Shown here in pieces: positions 60,191 through 64,000 of a DNA stretch of 64,000 nucleotides. Position numbers and translations under genes: made by a program. Source of the DNA: Candidatus Poribacteria bacterium (GTDB taxonomy: Bacteria > Poribacteria > WGA-4E > JAJDTR01); assembly GCA_028820655.1 (NCBI GenBank), contig JAPPIK010000015.1:7562-71561 (forward strand), given 5' to 3'. The notes under the pieces were generated by a model. That model saw only the letters and a list, made by a program, of their open reading frames with translations, had not been told where the DNA came from and did not search any database. Each line of letters opens with the position of its first letter. Position 1 is the first letter of the stretch.

Positions 60191-61057
60191 CTATACTTGT
60201 GCTCGTGCCACAGCGGTCGTCGCGGTTTCCTTGGTTAAAGCCGCCACTATCTCTCGTCGATGCTCGGCAGTGCACCGCAAATCCGAAATCGGACTCGATT
60301 GCCCCGCCGCCGCTCCCGCCGCTTGCCGCAAAACCTCGCCGCTGAGGGAACTGCCGGTTATGATTGCCTCGGCGTCCGTCGCGCGAATCGGTTTTGGCGC
60401 CACAGCCGCCAACCCAATCTTTGTGTCTGTGACGGTGCCGTTACTCAGACTTACGGAGGTAGCCACCCCGACAAAGGCGAGGTCCATCACTTGCCGAATT
60501 TTGTGTTTCAGGTACTGCGACCCCGAATTCGCGGAACGCGCTGGCATTGAAAAACCGGTAAGGATTTCGCCCGTCCGGAGCACCGTTTGCCCGGGGCCGA
60601 GGTAGAAATCCGCAATCGGAACCGACCGTTCAACCTCACCGCCGGCGATTTTGACCTGCGCATCCAGCACCAGTAACGCGGCGGCGGTATCCGCGGCAGG
60701 GGAACCGTGAGCGATGTTCCCACCAAGCGTTGCCAGATTGCGTATCTGGATGGATCCGACCTCCTCCGCCCCTTCTGCAAGCGCGGTATAACGCTCGCGC
60801 ACGATCGATGACCGTTCGATGGCTCGCATCTTCGTCATGGCGCCAACCCACAAACCGTCGCAGTCATCGTATGTGATTCCTTCTATGCCGGGGACGTGCT
60901 CCAAGCTAATTACGTAGCCGGGAGTCAGTGTCCGATCTTTCATCCCGATAATCAGGTCGGTTCCCCCACCCAAGAGTTCGGCTTCGCCGCCGTACCGAGT
61001 AAGCAGGGCGGATGCCTCGGCAAACGTCTTGGGTTCAAAATACTCAAAGTTTCTCAA
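60191..61057 (-). CDS. FAD-binding subunit (CoxM/XdhB-like)
   Basis: FEYFEP, GGGTDL, QIRNLATLGGN..SPAAD; TTG start after GGAGG. Confidence 0.95.
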   Translation of the reverse strand: MRNFEYFEPKTFAEASALLTRYGGEAELLGGGTDLIIGMKDRTLTPGYVISLEHVPGIEGITYDDCDGLWVGAMTKMRAIERSSIVRERYTALAEGAEEVGSIQIRNLATLGGNIAHGSPAADTAAALLVLDAQVKIAGGEVERSVPIADFYLGPGQTVLRTGEILTGFSMPARSANSGSQYLKHKIRQVMDLAFVGVATSVSLSNGTVTDTKIGLAAVAPKPIRATDAEAIITGSSLSGEVLRQAAGAAAGQSSPISDLRCTAEHRREIVAALTKETATTAVARAQV

Positions 61058-61322
61058 AATACATCCTCCATCAACATCTAAAACAACCCTCGCCTCACAA
61101 GACTTCAATCATGGTATGAATGCTACTATGAACTCGTAAAGAATACCAAATCTGGTTGGGCTTGTCAACATAATATGGGGAGGAGACAAGGTTAGCCGCA
61201 CCTGACGCCGGGAAATCGACGGTCATCAAATCGTCGTTTTCCTCTCTTTTATGAAATCCTTTCCGTTGCACGTCTTGTTGGGTTTAGGTAGGAAGCGCAT
61301 CACCTCGTCCCATGCAAGTGAA

Positions 61323-62498
61323 CTAACGCCGCGCATGCTGTGATTCCGTAGGAGCACGATATTCAACAGACAAATGCGGGGTTTCCAGACGTGCATTTCC
61401 CTGAAGGCGCGAGGCCAAGCAACTCTCCAATACACCGCTCACCAACAGGGTGCGCTCCGCCGGATACGGGGCGGCACCTGTTTCAAACAACTCCTCGATC
61501 TTGGATATAAGACACGCGGAATAGGTGACGTTGGGGGTCGGTGTTAGGAAAAACTGCGTTGACACCGGCACTCGCTCATCCTTAAGCCGCGCAGCAAAAC
61601 AGTAATCCCTCACTGCGCCATTGAGCATCAGCAGGGTCGCCTTCAATCCGTCGTTGTATTCAATGAAATAGGCAGACGGATTTTCGACGAGTCGCTGTAT
61701 CTCACCGCTACGGAGAAGGTGCTGCGTTCTACCGTCTTCGAGTGTCAAGCCGCACGGCGTGTCGCTTCGAGAGAGCGCGGCTTCCAAAAGTTCGTGCGAC
61801 CAAGCGCCTTTCTCGCCTGCTTCCCAAACAGCATCGCCGTCGATCAGTTGCACCGCGGCGACACCGGTTTCTCCACCCTTCCGGCGTTCCACCATGCACT
61901 GCATCGCCTCCAAGGCGTGATAATCCATCGGATCGGACCCGCCAACACCTACCATGAGCGCCTCTTCTATCTCGCACTTCAACGGCAACTCGACATCGGG
62001 CAACCGCCAGGTGACGGGCAACGACGAGCCTGCCAACAAGCCAAAGCCAAGGCGATGCGCATCGTCCACCATCTCTTTCGCTTTCTCAAAACTGTAGGAG
62101 AGGTGTTTGTCGTTATAGATGGGGGCGGCACGTCCGTCTGCCTCAAAAACCTCGACGCACTCCTTGAAAAATTCATACCGCGGATAAAGCACCTGGTTTT
62201 TGTCGTTGTGTGGATAGTCGCCGTGCTCCGCGATGAGGAGAATTGCGTCCACATCGAGTTTATCGCCGCCACACCGGAGCGCCTCGGCGATAGTCGGATA
62301 GACGGAAAACCCAAATTCTCTCGCGCGGTCAATACTCTGGTCGCCCTCCGGCTTCTGATCGACGTAGAGAGACACAATTTTCATATCCGGGCGATGCCAT
62401 CTCCCCTCAACGGGATAGCCAACGAGAAAACGGTCGGCGAAATGCTGTGCGTGCGATAAGTACCGATAGACGGTCGCGATGACGGCGATTCGAATCAT
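61323..62498 (-). CDS. Hypothetical oxidoreductase-like protein (Rossmann-like), paralog B
   Basis: SHAQH, EHGDYP, NDKHLS, AGSSLPVTWR, YHALE. Confidence 0.8.
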   Translation of the reverse strand: MIRIAVIATVYRYLSHAQHFADRFLVGYPVEGRWHRPDMKIVSLYVDQKPEGDQSIDRAREFGFSVYPTIAEALRCGGDKLDVDAILLIAEHGDYPHNDKNQVLYPRYEFFKECVEVFEADGRAAPIYNDKHLSYSFEKAKEMVDDAHRLGFGLLAGSSLPVTWRLPDVELPLKCEIEEALMVGVGGSDPMDYHALEAMQCMVERRKGGETGVAAVQLIDGDAVWEAGEKGAWSHELLEAALSRSDTPCGLTLEDGRTQHLLRSGEIQRLVENPSAYFIEYNDGLKATLLMLNGAVRDYCFAARLKDERVPVSTQFFLTPTPNVTYSACLISKIEELFETGAAPYPAERTLLVSGVLESCLASRLQGNARLETPHLSVEYRAPTESQHARR

Positions 62499-62502
62499 AA
62501 AC

Positions 62503-63696
62503 TCATGTTCTCCAGAAGGTTGACGATTCAGTCGGTTGATAGGCGATCTCCAAATGGGGCGTTTCCTGCTTGGCGCCTTCGGCAGCGAGACTATCAACGC
62601 CTGCCGCAACAAGCCCCGTCGTCAACAGTGTGCGTTCAACCGGATAGGTTGCCTCGCCGGTCAGAAACATCTTCTCGATTTTGTTAACCAGCGGCGAGAA
62701 GAAGTTCGCCAACGTCGTCCGCCCGGGCGGCATCGGGAGATACATCTGCGTCGAAAGAATCTGGCTGTCGGCGCCAATATAGGCGGCGAAATTGAAATCC
62801 TGCACCAACCCGTTCATTAAAATCATGGTAGACTTGAGTCCGTCGCGATGCTCATATCGGTAGGCTATCGGGTCCTTCACGATCTCCTTCAACTCGTCAA
62901 GGTTTGGAAACGGGTTGTTAAACCCATGGCGCGACGGCGTGAGGGTATGACTCCGGCAGAGCGCCGCTTCAAACAGTTCTCGCGACCAGAGCTTCGTGTG
63001 ATGTGCTTCCCAAAAGGCGTCGCCGCGGTACGCTTGCAGCCATTTCACGCCGCTTTCCCCGCCTTCGCGACGCTCCACCATACACTGGGTGGTTTCCAGC
63101 GCATGGAAGTCATAGCTATCCACACCGCCGTAGCCGACGCACACCGCTTCCGATACGGGCACACCGAGCGGCATATCGATTGAGGGTGTGCGCCAGGTAA
63201 CAGGCAGCGACGATCCCGCCATGAAAGCGAAGCCCATGGATTGAGAGATGTCGTACATTTCACGCGCCCACTCCCAGTTCCATGAGAGATGTTTGTCGTT
63301 AAATGTCGGTACGCCGCGTCCGCTTTTTTCGTAGACTTCGGTAACCTGTTTGAAGTGTTCATATCGGGGATAGAGGCGTTGTCCCTTCTCGTTGGTGGGA
63401 TATTCGCCGTGTTCGCCGATAAGGAGAACACCATCGACGGCGAGTTCCGCGCCGCCGAGGGTTAGCGCTTCGGCAATCGTCGGATAAGCTTTAAGCGATG
63501 GAAAGCGTTCCAACCGTTCGCGGCTCAGGTCGTTGTCTTTGACCTGTTCCACATAGAGAGAGACGAGATCCATCGGCGGGTGATGATGCCGGCTGTTCCA
63601 CCCGTAGCCCTCCAAGAATCGATCGACGATGTGCTGGGTATGCGAGTATTTGTGGTAAATGGTCGCGATGGCGACGATTTTAGGTCGTTTTTCCAT
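62503..63696 (-). CDS. Hypothetical oxidoreductase-like protein (Rossmann-like), paralog A
   Basis: SHTQH, EHGEYP, NDKHLS, AGSSLPVTWR, FHALE. Confidence 0.8.
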   Translation of the reverse strand: MEKRPKIVAIATIYHKYSHTQHIVDRFLEGYGWNSRHHHPPMDLVSLYVEQVKDNDLSRERLERFPSLKAYPTIAEALTLGGAELAVDGVLLIGEHGEYPTNEKGQRLYPRYEHFKQVTEVYEKSGRGVPTFNDKHLSWNWEWAREMYDISQSMGFAFMAGSSLPVTWRTPSIDMPLGVPVSEAVCVGYGGVDSYDFHALETTQCMVERREGGESGVKWLQAYRGDAFWEAHHTKLWSRELFEAALCRSHTLTPSRHGFNNPFPNLDELKEIVKDPIAYRYEHRDGLKSTMILMNGLVQDFNFAAYIGADSQILSTQMYLPMPPGRTTLANFFSPLVNKIEKMFLTGEATYPVERTLLTTGLVAAGVDSLAAEGAKQETPHLEIAYQPTESSTFWRT

Positions 63697-63703
63697 TGAT
63701 TGG

Positions 63704-63727
63704 TCGCGACCGGGAGGTCGCTCCTAC
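63704..63727 (+). repeat. Intact CTAC-type REP hairpin
   Basis: tcgcgaccgggaggtcgctcctac; relatives at ~28591-28613 and ~27718-27741. Confidence 0.7.
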
Positions 63728-64000
63728 CAAACTCTCGGTTATCGTTTGAATTTGTGTCGCAGTTTATGCGTTACGACTCGAAACTTGCTTCGAAGCTAGT
63801 CGTAGCTTGGCATCGTGCATGATTCTTGCTCGTGATTGGAGTGTGCCAAATAATGCGATATTCTGCGAATATAACTTTGACCCCTTTCCTCGAAGCGCCG
63901 AAGAGACTGCAGAAAAACCGCGTCAAGCGCGATTAAAGAACATCGCCCAGATGGGCTCATTTGCCACCCAAGACGGTGCTGCAAAGGGACAAGACAAATT

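Noticed and set aside
57042-61057. Aerobic CO dehydrogenase coxMSL
   Set aside because: Large subunit lacks the CODH active-site signatures.

Overview
A 64-kb bacterial chromosomal window that most resembles Candidatus Poribacteria. This is an inference from LamG proteins ending in 'VNPxxKLAQTWGxIK', a 'QNFPNPFxPET..PY' sorting-type tail, six PhyH-family dioxygenases, a sulfatase, enolase-superfamily dehydratases and Gfo/Idh/MocA enzymes. It encodes mostly catabolic enzymes, an SRAP + imuB-like + dnaE2 mutagenesis cassette, an octaheme HAO-family cytochrome, tRNA-Glu/tRNA-Gln, cysC and a xanthine-dehydrogenase-type M/S/L cluster. The intergenic DNA is a patchwork of REP-like hairpins, IS tails and gene stubs. 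The most unusual signal is a ~35-bp non-palindromic unit (consensus ~GGGATCTCTATCGCRCTCGCTATYCACTCGCTTGAT) at about 24 intergenic loci. Where the host is recognisable, it sits inside or between REP-like hairpins with fixed polarity, replaces host bases, stutters in tandem and appears to seal deletion junctions. This looks like templated 'patch' addition at breaks or a REP-targeting mini-element, and no responsible enzyme is visible in the window. Other highlights are a tandem LamG duplication with near-identical flanks and silent sites but ~35% amino-acid change, an attC-like cassette around a DUF2071 gene, an orphan tRNA-Arg 3' att remnant, and a small zinc-finger gene inside the Mo-hydroxylase operon. 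All counts and identities are by eye.
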